DNA from: Gemmatimonadales bacterium
GTDB lineage: Bacteria; Gemmatimonadota; Gemmatimonadetes; Gemmatimonadales; GWC2-71-9
Direction: 5' to 3'
Assembly (NCBI GenBank): GCA_052389555.1
Contig: JBQTHV010000172.1
Location: forward strand, 326 to 64,325
Length of the DNA: 64,000 bases
Shown: positions 48,192-57,381 of the stretch, in pieces
Position numbering within the stretch: the stretch's first letter is position 1
Layout of the letters: the number at the start of each line of letters is the position of its first letter
Translations under genes and position numbers: made by a program
Notes under the pieces: model-generated
Databases searched by the model: none
Told to the model about the DNA's origin: nothing
Seen by the model: only the letters and a program-made list of their open reading frames with translations

Positions 48192-48902
48192 ATGAACACC
48201 ACGAAACTCATCCCAGCCCTTCTCGGGGCCGTGACCCTTGGCGCGGTAGCCCCCCCGGCTCCGGCGCAGAGCAAGCCGTTCGAAGGTGCCGTCACCCTGC
48301 GGATTCGGGAGCTGCCGGGCGAAGTCCAGGCCTACGTCAAGGGCGCCAGGGTGCGTATGGAAATGCAGGGACCGATGGGAGCCATGGCTATGATCATGGA
48401 TCCGGACACCAATGAGACCTATATGGTCGTGCCCGCCCAGCAAATGGTGATGGTCATGAAGCGGGAGGCCATGGCGCGGATGGCCGATTCGCTGGCCAAA
48501 GCGGCAGGCGTGGGTGAGGGGACCCTCACCGCGACCGGCAAGCAGGAGACCGTGGCCGACCACGAGTGCGAGGTCTATCGCTATCGCGATCCGAAGAGCG
48601 TGCTCGATCTCTGCGTGGCCCGCGGGTTAGGACACCTCGCCACCGCCTCGCTCTTCGCAAGCCCGTCGGGTGGGATGGGCATGGGGCGGGGTGCTCCGCA
48701 ATCCGGCGCGGGACGGGGCGCGCAGTGGCACGCGCTGATCGCGGATCGCGGGTTCCCGCTCCGAATGGCGGATTCCGCGGGGGTGGCCATCTGGGAGGTG
48801 ACCAAGATCGAACCCAAGGAGGTGGACGCCAGCCTGTTCGTCGTGCCGGCCACCTACCAGCGGATGGAGATGCCGGCGTTTGGCCGCCGGCCGCCTCAAT
48901 AG
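48192..48902 (+). CDS. hypothetical secreted protein (possibly DUF4412-like)
   Basis: 236 aa with a signal peptide (LLGAVTLGAVAPPAPAQ). Met-rich beta-type sequence. The family call is weak. Confidence 0.55.
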   Translation: MNTTKLIPALLGAVTLGAVAPPAPAQSKPFEGAVTLRIRELPGEVQAYVKGARVRMEMQGPMGAMAMIMDPDTNETYMVVPAQQMVMVMKREAMARMADSLAKAAGVGEGTLTATGKQETVADHECEVYRYRDPKSVLDLCVARGLGHLATASLFASPSGGMGMGRGAPQSGAGRGAQWHALIADRGFPLRMADSAGVAIWEVTKIEPKEVDASLFVVPATYQRMEMPAFGRRPPQ

Positions 48903-48910
48903 CCCGACAT

Positions 48911-49936
48911 TTGATCCTCGTTACCGGGGGCGCCGGCTACATCGGGAGCCACGCGTGTCTCGAGCTGCTCCGGGCGGGATACGATGTGGCGGTGCTCGAT
49001 AATCTCGCGAACAGTCACGAGGAATCGCTGCGGCGGGTCCGGGAGCTGGCCGGGCGGGATCTGGTTTTCCATTGCGCCGACATGCGGGATGCCGAGGCGC
49101 TCGATCGGATCCTGGGTGCCGGCGGGGTTCAGGCCGTGCTCCACTTTGCGGGTCTTAAGGCCGTCGGCGAGTCCGTCGAGCAGCCGCTTCGCTATTGGGA
49201 CAACAACGTCGCCGGCACGATCACGCTGCTCGAGGCGATGATCCGCCACGGAGTCAAAGTCATGGTGTTCAGCTCCTCGTGCACGGTGTACGGGGATCCC
49301 GCCTCGGTGCCGATTCGGGAAGACGCGCCGGTGAGCGCGGTCAATCCCTACGGGATGACGAAGCTCACCATCGAGCGGATCCTGGCCGACGTATACCGGG
49401 CCGATCCGGCCTGGGCAATCTCCCTCCTGCGCTACTTCAATCCGGTTGGTGCCGACCCGAGCGGCCGCATCGGGGAAGATCCCAGTGGGGTCCCGATGAA
49501 CCTGCTTCCCTACATCACGCAGGTGGCCGTCGGCAAGCTACCACGCCTCACCCTTCACGGAAACGACTACCCGACCCGGGACGGGACCGGGGTACGCGAC
49601 TACATCCATGTCACCGACCTGGTGATCGGCCACCTCTGCGCCCTGGAAGAGCTCGTTCGCGGGCCGCGGCTCGTGACCTATAACCTGGGGACCGGACGGG
49701 GCTACTCGGTGTTGGAAGTGGTGCAGGCCTTCGAGCGAGTGACCGGGAGGAAGGTGCCGCGACAGTTCGGTCCGCGCCGCCCCGGAGATGTCGCCGAGGC
49801 CTGGGCCGATCCCGCGCTCGCCCGCGAATCGCTCGGCTGGACCGCCCCCCGCGGCATCGAGGAGATGTGCGCGGATGCGTGGCGGTGGCAGGAGCTGAAT
49901 CCGGAGGGATATCGGCGCACAGGAGGTAGTAAGTAG
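48911..49936 (+). CDS. galE: UDP-glucose 4-epimerase
   Basis: TTG 48911 gives MILVTGGAGYIGSH. YxxxK region and SSSCTVYG. The last codons (GGSK*) lie in a repeat arm. Confidence 0.9.
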   Translation: MILVTGGAGYIGSHACLELLRAGYDVAVLDNLANSHEESLRRVRELAGRDLVFHCADMRDAEALDRILGAGGVQAVLHFAGLKAVGESVEQPLRYWDNNVAGTITLLEAMIRHGVKVMVFSSSCTVYGDPASVPIREDAPVSAVNPYGMTKLTIERILADVYRADPAWAISLLRYFNPVGADPSGRIGEDPSGVPMNLLPYITQVAVGKLPRLTLHGNDYPTRDGTGVRDYIHVTDLVIGHLCALEELVRGPRLVTYNLGTGRGYSVLEVVQAFERVTGRKVPRQFGPRRPGDVAEAWADPALARESLGWTAPRGIEEMCADAWRWQELNPEGYRRTGGSK

Positions 49937-50030
49937 GAGGCAGTAAGTAGGGAACAGCACCTCCCGGAGCAGGAACCGTACACCGGCAAGATTTGTCCCT
50001 TCTTACTATCTCCTACTTACTACCTCCTAG
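49919..50030. repeat. zipper hairpin built from AGGAGGTAGTAAG words (family 3)
   Basis: CAGGAGGTAGTAAGTAGGAGGCAGTAAGTAGGGA - loop - TCCCTTCTTACTATCTCCTACTTACTACCTCCTAG. Supplies the identical GGSK* ends of both convergent flanking genes. Confidence 0.9.
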
Positions 50031-51356
50031 TAGTTTCCTAACCCGCGGCCACAACGCTTCGATATCAGCAACTGACACCGCCCCCACCGAGAGCCGGAAC
50101 CAGCCGGTATCCTCGGCGACTCCGAATGCCTGGAACGGCACCGCCGCGAGTCCCGCGCCGGTAAGCAAGAGCCGGCGGAGCGCCTCGTTGTCCTCTACCA
50201 CCGTGCCATTCACGGTTCGTCCGACCAGCTCCACCCCGAGCGACCCATACATGGCGCCCTCGGGCCGAACGCAATCGAGCGGCAGCCCCTCTCGCTTGAG
50301 TTGCAGCACCCCGTCCGAGACTGCGTCCAGCCGTACCCGAAGTCCGCGGGTGATGGCTTCTCTGAACTCGGCAATCGCGGCTGGCTCTCGCAGGAAGGCC
50401 GCGGTCGCCTTCTGCTCGGGACGCGGCGCCCAGGCGCCCACGTGACCGAGGAAGTCTCTCATTCGCGCGATCACCGCGGGCGCACCGATCGCCCAGCCCA
50501 CCCGGAGGCCGGTGGCCGCGAATCCCTTCGAGATCCCGTCGATCACGATCACCCAGGGCGCCGCCTCCGGAACCAGGGCGAGGGGATGGGCTGAGGGAAC
50601 TCCCGGCTGCACCAGCGATCCGTAGATGAGATCGTAGAGTACAAAAAGCGGACGACGGCGGGCTCGTTGTCTCCGCTCGTTCTCGCGAACGACGGCCCGG
50701 AGGATATCGTCCAGCACATCGGGTGCGAGGGTGGTTCCGGTGGGATTGTTTGGCGAGCAGAGACAGAGCAAGCCGGCTTCCGCCAGATGGGGCTCGAGCT
50801 GGTCGAGGGTCGGCTGAAACCGTTGGGCCGCGGTCGTCCGCACCGGAATCCCCCGCGCCTTCACCATGTCTATGTAGTAATCGTTGTTCCAGCTCGGCAC
50901 TGGGTACAGGACGGCATCACCGGCGTCCAGCAGGCAGCGGAAAGCCGCGTAGATCGCCGGTCGTCCTCCTGCGGTGATGAGGACCGACTCGATCGGGTAC
51001 TCCACGTCGTGCTCGCGCCGCACCGACTCGGCGACGGCTTCCCGAAGGGTGAGCAGTCCGTCGGATGGCGGGTAGTTGGTCTCGCCTTCACCGATGGCGC
51101 GGATAATCCCCTCCCGCAACAGCGGGGGGATCGGAAACTGCCGCGGGTCGAAGTCACCGACCGTCAGATTGCAGAGCGGACGGCCGGTGGCCACGAGGGC
51201 GCGCACCTCGCTGGCAATGCGGAGGATCGCGGAGCCGCGGAGTCCCCGAGCCATTTCGGAGAGAACCGAGTCCAGGATGAGCGGGTCTCCGAAATCCAGT
51301 GTTGTGTCGGGAATTGGGGCGCTGGTTTGGCGGGCAGGGCGGGCGGAAGCGGCCAT
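50013..51356 (-). CDS. PLP-dependent aminotransferase, class I/II (aspartate aminotransferase-like)
   Basis: 447 aa. PLP-lysine motif SKGFAATGLRVGW and NPTG motif CSPNNPTGT. Confidence 0.88.
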   Translation of the reverse strand: MAASARPARQTSAPIPDTTLDFGDPLILDSVLSEMARGLRGSAILRIASEVRALVATGRPLCNLTVGDFDPRQFPIPPLLREGIIRAIGEGETNYPPSDGLLTLREAVAESVRREHDVEYPIESVLITAGGRPAIYAAFRCLLDAGDAVLYPVPSWNNDYYIDMVKARGIPVRTTAAQRFQPTLDQLEPHLAEAGLLCLCSPNNPTGTTLAPDVLDDILRAVVRENERRQRARRRPLFVLYDLIYGSLVQPGVPSAHPLALVPEAAPWVIVIDGISKGFAATGLRVGWAIGAPAVIARMRDFLGHVGAWAPRPEQKATAAFLREPAAIAEFREAITRGLRVRLDAVSDGVLQLKREGLPLDCVRPEGAMYGSLGVELVGRTVNGTVVEDNEALRRLLLTGAGLAAVPFQAFGVAEDTGWFRLSVGAVSVADIEALWPRVRKLLGGSK

Positions 51357-51416
51357 GCCAGAAAAGTAGCGGAGCCTTGCCGTTCGGGTAGATTAGGAAG
51401 TTATCATGGAGGGGTC

Positions 51417-52106
51417 GTGCACATCCTGGTAGTCGAGGACGACGAGCGCGTTGCAGGCTTCCTCCGCCAGAGTCTCGAGGAAGACGGCTACTCAGCGGAT
51501 GTCGCGGTTGACGGGCAAACGGCCCTGGAGCGAGCCGGGCGGATCCCGGCCGCTGATCTCATCATTCTCGACATCCAGATTCCCGATCCCAACGGACTCG
51601 AGGTTACCCGGACCTTGCGGGACCGGGGCAACGCTACGCCGATCCTCATTCTCACCGGACGCGATACCCCGGAGGACATTGCGACCGGCCTGGACGCCGG
51701 CGCGGATGATTACCTGGTCAAGCCGTTTGCCCTGGTGGAGCTGCTCGCCCGAGTTCGCGCGCTGACCCGGCGGCCCATGGCCGGCGTGCAGGGCACCCTT
51801 CACGCGGGTGCGGTGGAGCTCGACCGGCTCAAGCGCGCCGTCACCCGGCAGGGTCGTGACATCCCGCTTGCCCCCCGGCAATTCCGTCTGCTCGAATACC
51901 TCATGCTGAACGCCGGCCGGCCGGTGAGCCGGTCCGAGCTGCTTCGGGAGGTGTGGAACATCACTTTCGACCCCGAATCCAACCTGGTCGATGCCCACAT
52001 CTCGACGCTCCGGAGCGCGTTGGAACGGGTCGGCGAACCCCGCCTGATCGAGACGGTTCGCGGCGTCGGGTACCGGCTTCGAGCCGGTGCTGACCAGCCC
52101 CGATGA
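51417..52106 (+). CDS. OmpR/PhoB family response regulator
   Basis: GTG 51417 after GGAGGGG. Receiver domain (VVEDDE, LDIQIPDPNG, KPF) plus a winged-helix trans_reg_C domain (VRGVGYRL). Confidence 0.9.
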   Translation: MHILVVEDDERVAGFLRQSLEEDGYSADVAVDGQTALERAGRIPAADLIILDIQIPDPNGLEVTRTLRDRGNATPILILTGRDTPEDIATGLDAGADDYLVKPFALVELLARVRALTRRPMAGVQGTLHAGAVELDRLKRAVTRQGRDIPLAPRQFRLLEYLMLNAGRPVSRSELLREVWNITFDPESNLVDAHISTLRSALERVGEPRLIETVRGVGYRLRAGADQPR

Positions 52107-52321
52107 CTTCCCCTTCCGAACGTGCGGTCGAGGACCCGCGCCGGCTCCTGGCAGAGGCGGGCCACGCGCTGCGGGGTCCTCTCACGGTGCTCCGGGGCGA
52201 GCTGGAGCTGGCCCTAACCCGCGAGCGGTCATCCGAGGAATATCAGGACGTGCTCCGCCGCTGTCTCGACGAGGTGGTGCGCCTGACCCGGCTGGTCGAG
52301 GGGTTCACGAGCAACGCCTGA
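52103..52321 (+). CDS. HisKA (DHp)-only stub of a sensor histidine kinase
   Basis: 72 aa. H-box AGHALRGPLTVLRGELELA and the second DHp helix, with no TM/sensor/HAMP and no HATPase_c. ATGA-coupled to the regulator. Confidence 0.6.
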   Translation: MTSPSERAVEDPRRLLAEAGHALRGPLTVLRGELELALTRERSSEEYQDVLRRCLDEVVRLTRLVEGFTSNA

Positions 52322-53634
52322 TGCGCCGTCTCCTCCTGGCCGGGATGTCGCTCCTCGGACCCGTCGGGCTGGCGGCCCAGCGGCCGGGCGAATGGGACCG
52401 GGTGCTCGAACCGCGGGTGGCGGCGGCCCTCCCGCAGGTGGTCGCCTGGCGGCGCGACATCCACCAGCATCCCGAGCTCTCCAATCGCGAGGTCCGCACC
52501 GCCAAGCTGGTGGCGGATCACCTAACCCGGCTTGGTCTGGACGTGCGGACCGGGGTCGCTCACACCGGGGTCATCGCGATTCTTCGCGGCGGGAAACCCG
52601 GGCCGGTGGTGGCGCTGCGGGCGGACCTGGACGCCCTGCCGGTCACCGAGCTGGTGGATCTCCCGTTCAAGTCCACCGCCACCGCCGAGTACAACGGGCA
52701 GCAGGTTGGGGTGATGCACGCCTGCGGCCACGACAATCACGTTGCCATCCTGTTGGGCGCTGCGACGGTCCTCGCGGGGATTCGCGCGCAGATCCCCGGG
52801 ACCATCACGTTTCTCTTCCAGCCCGCCGAGGAAGGACCGCCGCTCGGCGAGACGGGCGGCGCGAGCCTCATGATCCGGGAGGGCGCTCTCGAGAATCCCG
52901 CCCCGGGCGCGATCTTTGGGCTGCACGTGTGGCCCGAGCGGGTGGGGACGATCACCTGGCGGGCCGGTCCGTTCATGGCCGCCTCGGACCAGTTGCGGAT
53001 CGTGGTGCGGGGCAAGCAGACCCACGGCGCGGTGCCCTGGGGCGGTGTCGATCCCATCACGGTCGCCTCCCAGATCGTGCTGGGACTCCAGACCGTGGTG
53101 AGCCGGCAGACCGACCTAACCCGCACGCCCGCCATCGTCACCATCGGGGCGATCCAGGGCGGCAACCGCGGCAATATCATCCCGGACAGCGTGGTGATGC
53201 TCGGCACGGTGCGCACCTTCGACGAAGCGGTGCGGGCCGACGTAAAGCGCCGGATCGAGCGGACCGCGCGCTCGATCGCGGAGGCGGCCGGAGCAACCGC
53301 CGTGGCTGATTTTCCCGGCGTCAATAACCCGGTGACCTACAACGATCCCGCGCTTACCGAGCGCATGCTGCCGACGTTGCGGCGGGTCGCGGGCGAGGGC
53401 AAGCTGATCCAGACGGGCCTCCAGACTCCGTCCGAGGACTTTGCCTGGTATCAGCAGAAGGTGCCGGGACTCTTCGTCTATCTCGGCATCGTTCCCGAGG
53501 GGAAAGATCCGGCCGCCGCTCCGCGGAATCACTCTCCCTATTTCTTCGCCGATGAGGGCGCGCTTCCGGTGGGGGTGCAGCTCCTAGCGACCCTCGCGCT
53601 CGACTGGCTCTCCGGTCCAGGCCGACCTCGGTGA
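52321..53634 (+). CDS. M20D family amidohydrolase (N-acyl-amino acid amidohydrolase / hippurate hydrolase type), secreted
   Basis: ATG 52321 with a signal peptide. HQHPELSNRE, MHACGHDNH and FQPAEEG metal-binding motifs. Confidence 0.88.
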   Translation: MRRLLLAGMSLLGPVGLAAQRPGEWDRVLEPRVAAALPQVVAWRRDIHQHPELSNREVRTAKLVADHLTRLGLDVRTGVAHTGVIAILRGGKPGPVVALRADLDALPVTELVDLPFKSTATAEYNGQQVGVMHACGHDNHVAILLGAATVLAGIRAQIPGTITFLFQPAEEGPPLGETGGASLMIREGALENPAPGAIFGLHVWPERVGTITWRAGPFMAASDQLRIVVRGKQTHGAVPWGGVDPITVASQIVLGLQTVVSRQTDLTRTPAIVTIGAIQGGNRGNIIPDSVVMLGTVRTFDEAVRADVKRRIERTARSIAEAAGATAVADFPGVNNPVTYNDPALTERMLPTLRRVAGEGKLIQTGLQTPSEDFAWYQQKVPGLFVYLGIVPEGKDPAAAPRNHSPYFFADEGALPVGVQLLATLALDWLSGPGRPR

Positions 53635-54977
53635 GCGGCAGCGCCGCCGAGCCGCCGAGCCGCCGAGCCGTCCCGCCGTCCGGTCCTGCGCCGGAGCTGG
53701 CCCGCCGAATCGGGCGGTGGGCGCTCACGGGGCTGGTCATCAACGGGATCGTCGGCAGCGCGATCTTCGGGTTACCCGCGACCGTCGGCGAGCGGCTCGG
53801 CCGCGGCGCGCCGCTGGCTTGGGCCCTCGCCGCGGTGCTCATCGGGATCGTGGTGGCCTGCTTTGCCGAGGTGGCCTCGCGGTTCCGCGAGGCGGGCGGG
53901 CCGTACCTCTTCGTGCAGGCCAGCTTCGGGCGGTTCGCGGGCCTCCAGACCGGGTGGATGGCCTACCTAACCCGCCTCACTGCCGCGGGCGCGGTCGCGA
54001 ATCTCCTGGTGAGCTATCTCGGCGTGATCGTGCCCGGCGCCGATGCGGTGCCCGGCCGGTACGTCGTCCTCGCGGCGGTCATCGGTGGTCTGGCCGCGGT
54101 GAACTATCGCGGCGTCGGACCGGGCGCGGGGGTCAGCAGCGCGTTTGCCATCCTGAAGCTGCTCGGCCTGTTCGTCTTTGCCGGGGCCGGGCTCCTCTGG
54201 CTGCTTGGGCACGAGGGAATCCCGGCTCCCGCCGCTCCCCCGGGCATCGATCCCTGGCTGGCTACCCTGCTCGTGCTGGTCTTCGCGTACGGGGGCTTCG
54301 AAGCGGCCCTGATGCCGCTGGCGGAAGCGAAGAACCCCGAGCGCGACGCGCCGGTGGCGCTGTTCACCGCCCTCGCTACGGCCACCCTGGTCTACATGCT
54401 GGTCCAGACCGTGGTGACCCTCACCCTGCCTAACCCGGGCGCCACGACGACCCCGCTGGCCGACGCGGCGCGGGGGTTCCTGGGGACCGGCGGGGCGATG
54501 TTCATCGCGGCGACCGCCTTGCTCTCGACCTTCGGCTATCTGGCCGGTGCGATGGTCAATGTGCCGAGGCTGACGTTTGCGATGGCGGAGCGCGCGGAGC
54601 TCCCCCGCGGGTTCGCCGCGGTGCATCGGCGCTTCCGGACTCCGTTTGTATCGATTCTCGTCTTCGCGGGTCTGGCCTTCGTGCTCGCGGCGAGCGGGAG
54701 TTTTCTCCAGAACGTGAGTCTCTCGGTGGCGGCGCGGCTCATTACCTACGGCCTGGTGTGCGCCGCCCTCCCGGCGCTCCGGCGCCGCGACGGCACCGCC
54801 AGAACCGCTTCCCCTGCCGCCTTCCGGCTCCCCGGAGGACCGGTGCTGGCCGGGCTTGGCGTGTTAGGCATGGCGCTCATGGCGGTGCAGGTGAGCGCGC
54901 GCGAGGTGGTGATCATGGGCGTGGTGATCGTGCTGGCGAGCGTGCACTACTTCGTCGTGAGTCGGCGGGCGGATTAG
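53631..54977 (+). CDS. APC superfamily amino acid permease
   Basis: 448 aa, 12 TM helices, GIVGSAIFGLPA N-terminal signature. The N-terminal tail is repeat-encoded. Confidence 0.88.
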   Translation: MSGSAAEPPSRRAVPPSGPAPELARRIGRWALTGLVINGIVGSAIFGLPATVGERLGRGAPLAWALAAVLIGIVVACFAEVASRFREAGGPYLFVQASFGRFAGLQTGWMAYLTRLTAAGAVANLLVSYLGVIVPGADAVPGRYVVLAAVIGGLAAVNYRGVGPGAGVSSAFAILKLLGLFVFAGAGLLWLLGHEGIPAPAAPPGIDPWLATLLVLVFAYGGFEAALMPLAEAKNPERDAPVALFTALATATLVYMLVQTVVTLTLPNPGATTTPLADAARGFLGTGGAMFIAATALLSTFGYLAGAMVNVPRLTFAMAERAELPRGFAAVHRRFRTPFVSILVFAGLAFVLAASGSFLQNVSLSVAARLITYGLVCAALPALRRRDGTARTASPAAFRLPGGPVLAGLGVLGMALMAVQVSAREVVIMGVVIVLASVHYFVVSRRAD

Positions 54978-55097
54978 CTAGTGGCTATGGGCTATTGGCT
55001 ATTGGCTATTGGTCAACAGCCTAACCCGCAGGGCTTTTTCCAATAGCCAATAGCCAATAGCCAATAGCCAATAGCCTCTTCCAATAGCCAATAGCCC
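54977..55097. repeat. zipper hairpin built from CCAATAG/CTATTGG heptamers (family 2)
   Basis: GCTAGTGGCTATGGGCTATTGGCTATTGGCTATTGG - TCAACAGCCTAACCCGCAGGGCTTTTT - (CCAATAG)x5..CCAATAGCCAATAGCCC. The loop begins like the 21163 copy and carries CCTAACCCGC. Confidence 0.9.
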
Positions 55098-55100
55098 TCA

Positions 55101-56027
55101 TCAGAACAACTCCGCGATCAGGCACCGTGCGCTTCCCCCGCCCAGCCGCTCGAAGGCGGAGAGCTCGGTATGGAGGATCCGTCCCCGGCGCTCGAGCTCG
55201 AGCAGCTGTTCGGCCGTGAAGGCCCGCCAGGCCCGGCTCGACATCACCCAAAGCGGTTCTCCCGCGGTCGAGGTGAGGGCCAGGCAATTGCCGCAATACT
55301 CGGATACCTGGGCGCGGGTTAGGGAGAGGATCGCATTGCCGTCCCGGTGCAGCCGCTCCTCGACGGCGCGCCGCTGGCCCGGCTCCTCGATCGCCTCAAG
55401 CGCGATTCCCGCGGCGCCGTGCCCGATGAAGAGCAGGACGTTGGTGTGGTAATAGGGAACGCCGTTCGGGTCGGTGGCGCGGAACCCAACCAGGTCATAC
55501 CCCAGCGCCCGCGCCCATTCCGCCGCCAGGCCGGCATCGGTCCGAGGGGAAAGGGCCGCATACGCCGCACGGTGCGCGTGATCCAGCACCAGGCTGCCGG
55601 TGCTTTCCAGGAATCGGCCTTCCCGTTCCTCGCCGGAGAAGTCCAGAAACCGGGAGTAGGCAGGGCGCAAGAGCTCGATGAGATCGCTGCGCCGCTCGGG
55701 GCGCCGGTTGCGTGCCATCAGCGGATACACCACCAGGGCCGCAGGTTCTTCCCGGGGCGCCGGCGCCGCCGGGTGGGTGGAAAACCAGTTATTGCAGAAG
55801 GGGCCGTCCGGGGTCGCTTCGACGCTGCGGGTTAGGGTGACGGTCACGCCCTGCCCGACCAGCAGATCGCGGAGGTGCCGGTGCTGCTCCACCGCCAGGG
55901 CCTCGAGGCTCCGGGCCTCCTCCGGCGAGACGGCTTCCTGGAACACGTTGGTGGCCTGGGTCTCCGGGTTGAAGCGAAACCGGTGCGGTTCGATCAAGAG
56001 GACGTGCGACGCTGCGGCCTCCGCCAT
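55101..56027 (-). CDS. amidinotransferase-fold protein (arginine deiminase-related; CtlX-like citrulline utilisation hydrolase)
   Basis: 308 aa. N-terminal LLIEPHRFRFNPETQATNVFQ and C-terminal catalytic GGGSARCLIAELF. Confidence 0.8.
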   Translation of the reverse strand: MAEAAASHVLLIEPHRFRFNPETQATNVFQEAVSPEEARSLEALAVEQHRHLRDLLVGQGVTVTLTRSVEATPDGPFCNNWFSTHPAAPAPREEPAALVVYPLMARNRRPERRSDLIELLRPAYSRFLDFSGEEREGRFLESTGSLVLDHAHRAAYAALSPRTDAGLAAEWARALGYDLVGFRATDPNGVPYYHTNVLLFIGHGAAGIALEAIEEPGQRRAVEERLHRDGNAILSLTRAQVSEYCGNCLALTSTAGEPLWVMSSRAWRAFTAEQLLELERRGRILHTELSAFERLGGGSARCLIAELF

Positions 56028-56030
56028 CGG

Positions 56031-56771
56031 CTAGAACCCCAGCTTGATGCCGACCGAAACCACCGGGTGGTACCGGAGCCACGGCCGCCGGGTGATCTCG
56101 TCACGCACCTGCTCCTCCTCCCGCTCGACTCGGGCGTCGAGCTCCTCCCGCTCCGCCCCGTTGAGCTCGCTCGCGGCCTGGAGATCGACCAGCGGAGTTC
56201 CGGTAAAGCCCACCCCAAGATCGATCACGAACGCAACCCGGCTCCGGCCTGCGATCCCGATGCCCAGATAAGGCGCAGTGCGGTCGAAGGTCACGGTGGC
56301 GTCGAGGGCGCTGACCTCGCTCTCGCTGTAGGTTCGGCCGTCGAGCGTCACCGGGGGGTAGGCGGCCAGCCGGCCTTCGTTGTAGTTGAGAATGATCCCG
56401 CCGGAGAGATGGAAGATCCCCTTGAACGGATACAGATCGACCAACGCGACACCGTTCTCGAAATGGGGGGTTGCCAGGTACCGGTTGCTCTCGATGGACA
56501 CATCACGGGACAGCTCGAAGTAGTTGCCGCCGAGCCGGAAAACGACATGCGGTCCAGCATGCACCGAGAGCTCGGCGCCCAGGCCCAGGGTCGAGGCGCG
56601 GGCAGCGATGCCTACCTGTGCCGACGCCGGGGCGAACAGGGTGGACAGGGCGAACAGGACGAACAGGGCGAACAGGACCGGACGCCGAGGGCCGCCCGCC
56701 GAGCGCTGAGTGCCGAGCGCCGAGTATCGAGCGCCGGGCGCCGAGTGCCGAGTGCCGAGCCACCAGGTCAT
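56031..56771 (-). CDS. putative outer-membrane beta-barrel protein
   Basis: ATG 56771. Repeat-encoded N-terminus then signal VLFALFVLFALSTLFAPASAQ, alternating beta-strand pattern, C-terminal ...VGIKLGF. Confidence 0.6.
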   Translation of the reverse strand: MTWWLGTRHSAPGARYSALGTQRSAGGPRRPVLFALFVLFALSTLFAPASAQVGIAARASTLGLGAELSVHAGPHVVFRLGGNYFELSRDVSIESNRYLATPHFENGVALVDLYPFKGIFHLSGGIILNYNEGRLAAYPPVTLDGRTYSESEVSALDATVTFDRTAPYLGIGIAGRSRVAFVIDLGVGFTGTPLVDLQAASELNGAEREELDARVEREEEQVRDEITRRPWLRYHPVVSVGIKLGF

Positions 56772-56784
56772 AAAGGCTCGCAAG

Positions 56785-57381
56785 TTAGGTCGGTCGTGTC
56801 GCCGGAGGAAGCAGCCGGTGGCCGACCCAGGTCCCCACCGCCCAGCCGCCAAGCGCCCCGCCCACGACATCGCTCAGGAAATGACTCTCCGCCAGGAGCC
56901 GGGTGACTCCGCAGCCTGCGGCCAGCAGGTACAGAACCAGTGCAGCTTTCGGATATCGCCGCGCGAGGACCGCGGCTCCTCCGAACGCGACCATGACGTG
57001 ACTGCTCGGGAAGCCCAGGTCGTGGGTGTCGAAGAGCCGCTCGGTGAAGGGGCGATAGAAGTATTCTCCCTCGTGCAGGCCGGGCCGCTCGCGGCGAACC
57101 AGCAGCTTGAGCAGCTCGGCCGCGCCGCCGGCGATCGCCGGGCCCAGGAGCAGAGCGCCGGCCAACCGGACCTGACCCCGATCGCGGCGGCCTTCCAGCC
57201 AGAAGGCCACGGCTAGCGCCACCCAGAAGAAGATGCTCCCCGAGATGCGGAGCAGCCGGCCCCAATCATGCTGGTACACCCCGGGATATCTCACGGTTTG
57301 GAATACCCAGGGATCGAGCCACAGGGCGGCGAGCGTGGCGAGCGCAGCGCCCAAGAGCGCGAGGGCGAGGCGCCGCCGCAT
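56785..57381 (-). CDS. PAP2 superfamily phosphatase
   Basis: 198 aa. KxxxxxxRP (KLLVRRERP), PSSH and SHFLSDV motifs. Confidence 0.85.
   Translation of the reverse strand: MRRRLALALLGAALATLAALWLDPWVFQTVRYPGVYQHDWGRLLRISGSIFFWVALAVAFWLEGRRDRGQVRLAGALLLGPAIAGGAAELLKLLVRRERPGLHEGEYFYRPFTERLFDTHDLGFPSSHVMVAFGGAAVLARRYPKAALVLYLLAAGCGVTRLLAESHFLSDVVGGALGGWAVGTWVGHRLLPPATRPT

Noticed and set aside
50667-51416. N-terminal 250 codons of the 479-aa ORF that ends as the response regulator
   Set aside because: This part is antisense to the aminotransferase and has no receiver features. The regulator starts at GTG 51417 behind a GGAGGGG site.
55875-56906. 343-aa plus-strand ORF
   Set aside because: It is antisense or out of frame to the CtlX-like, OMP and PAP2 genes, and its composition is typical of shadow ORFs.
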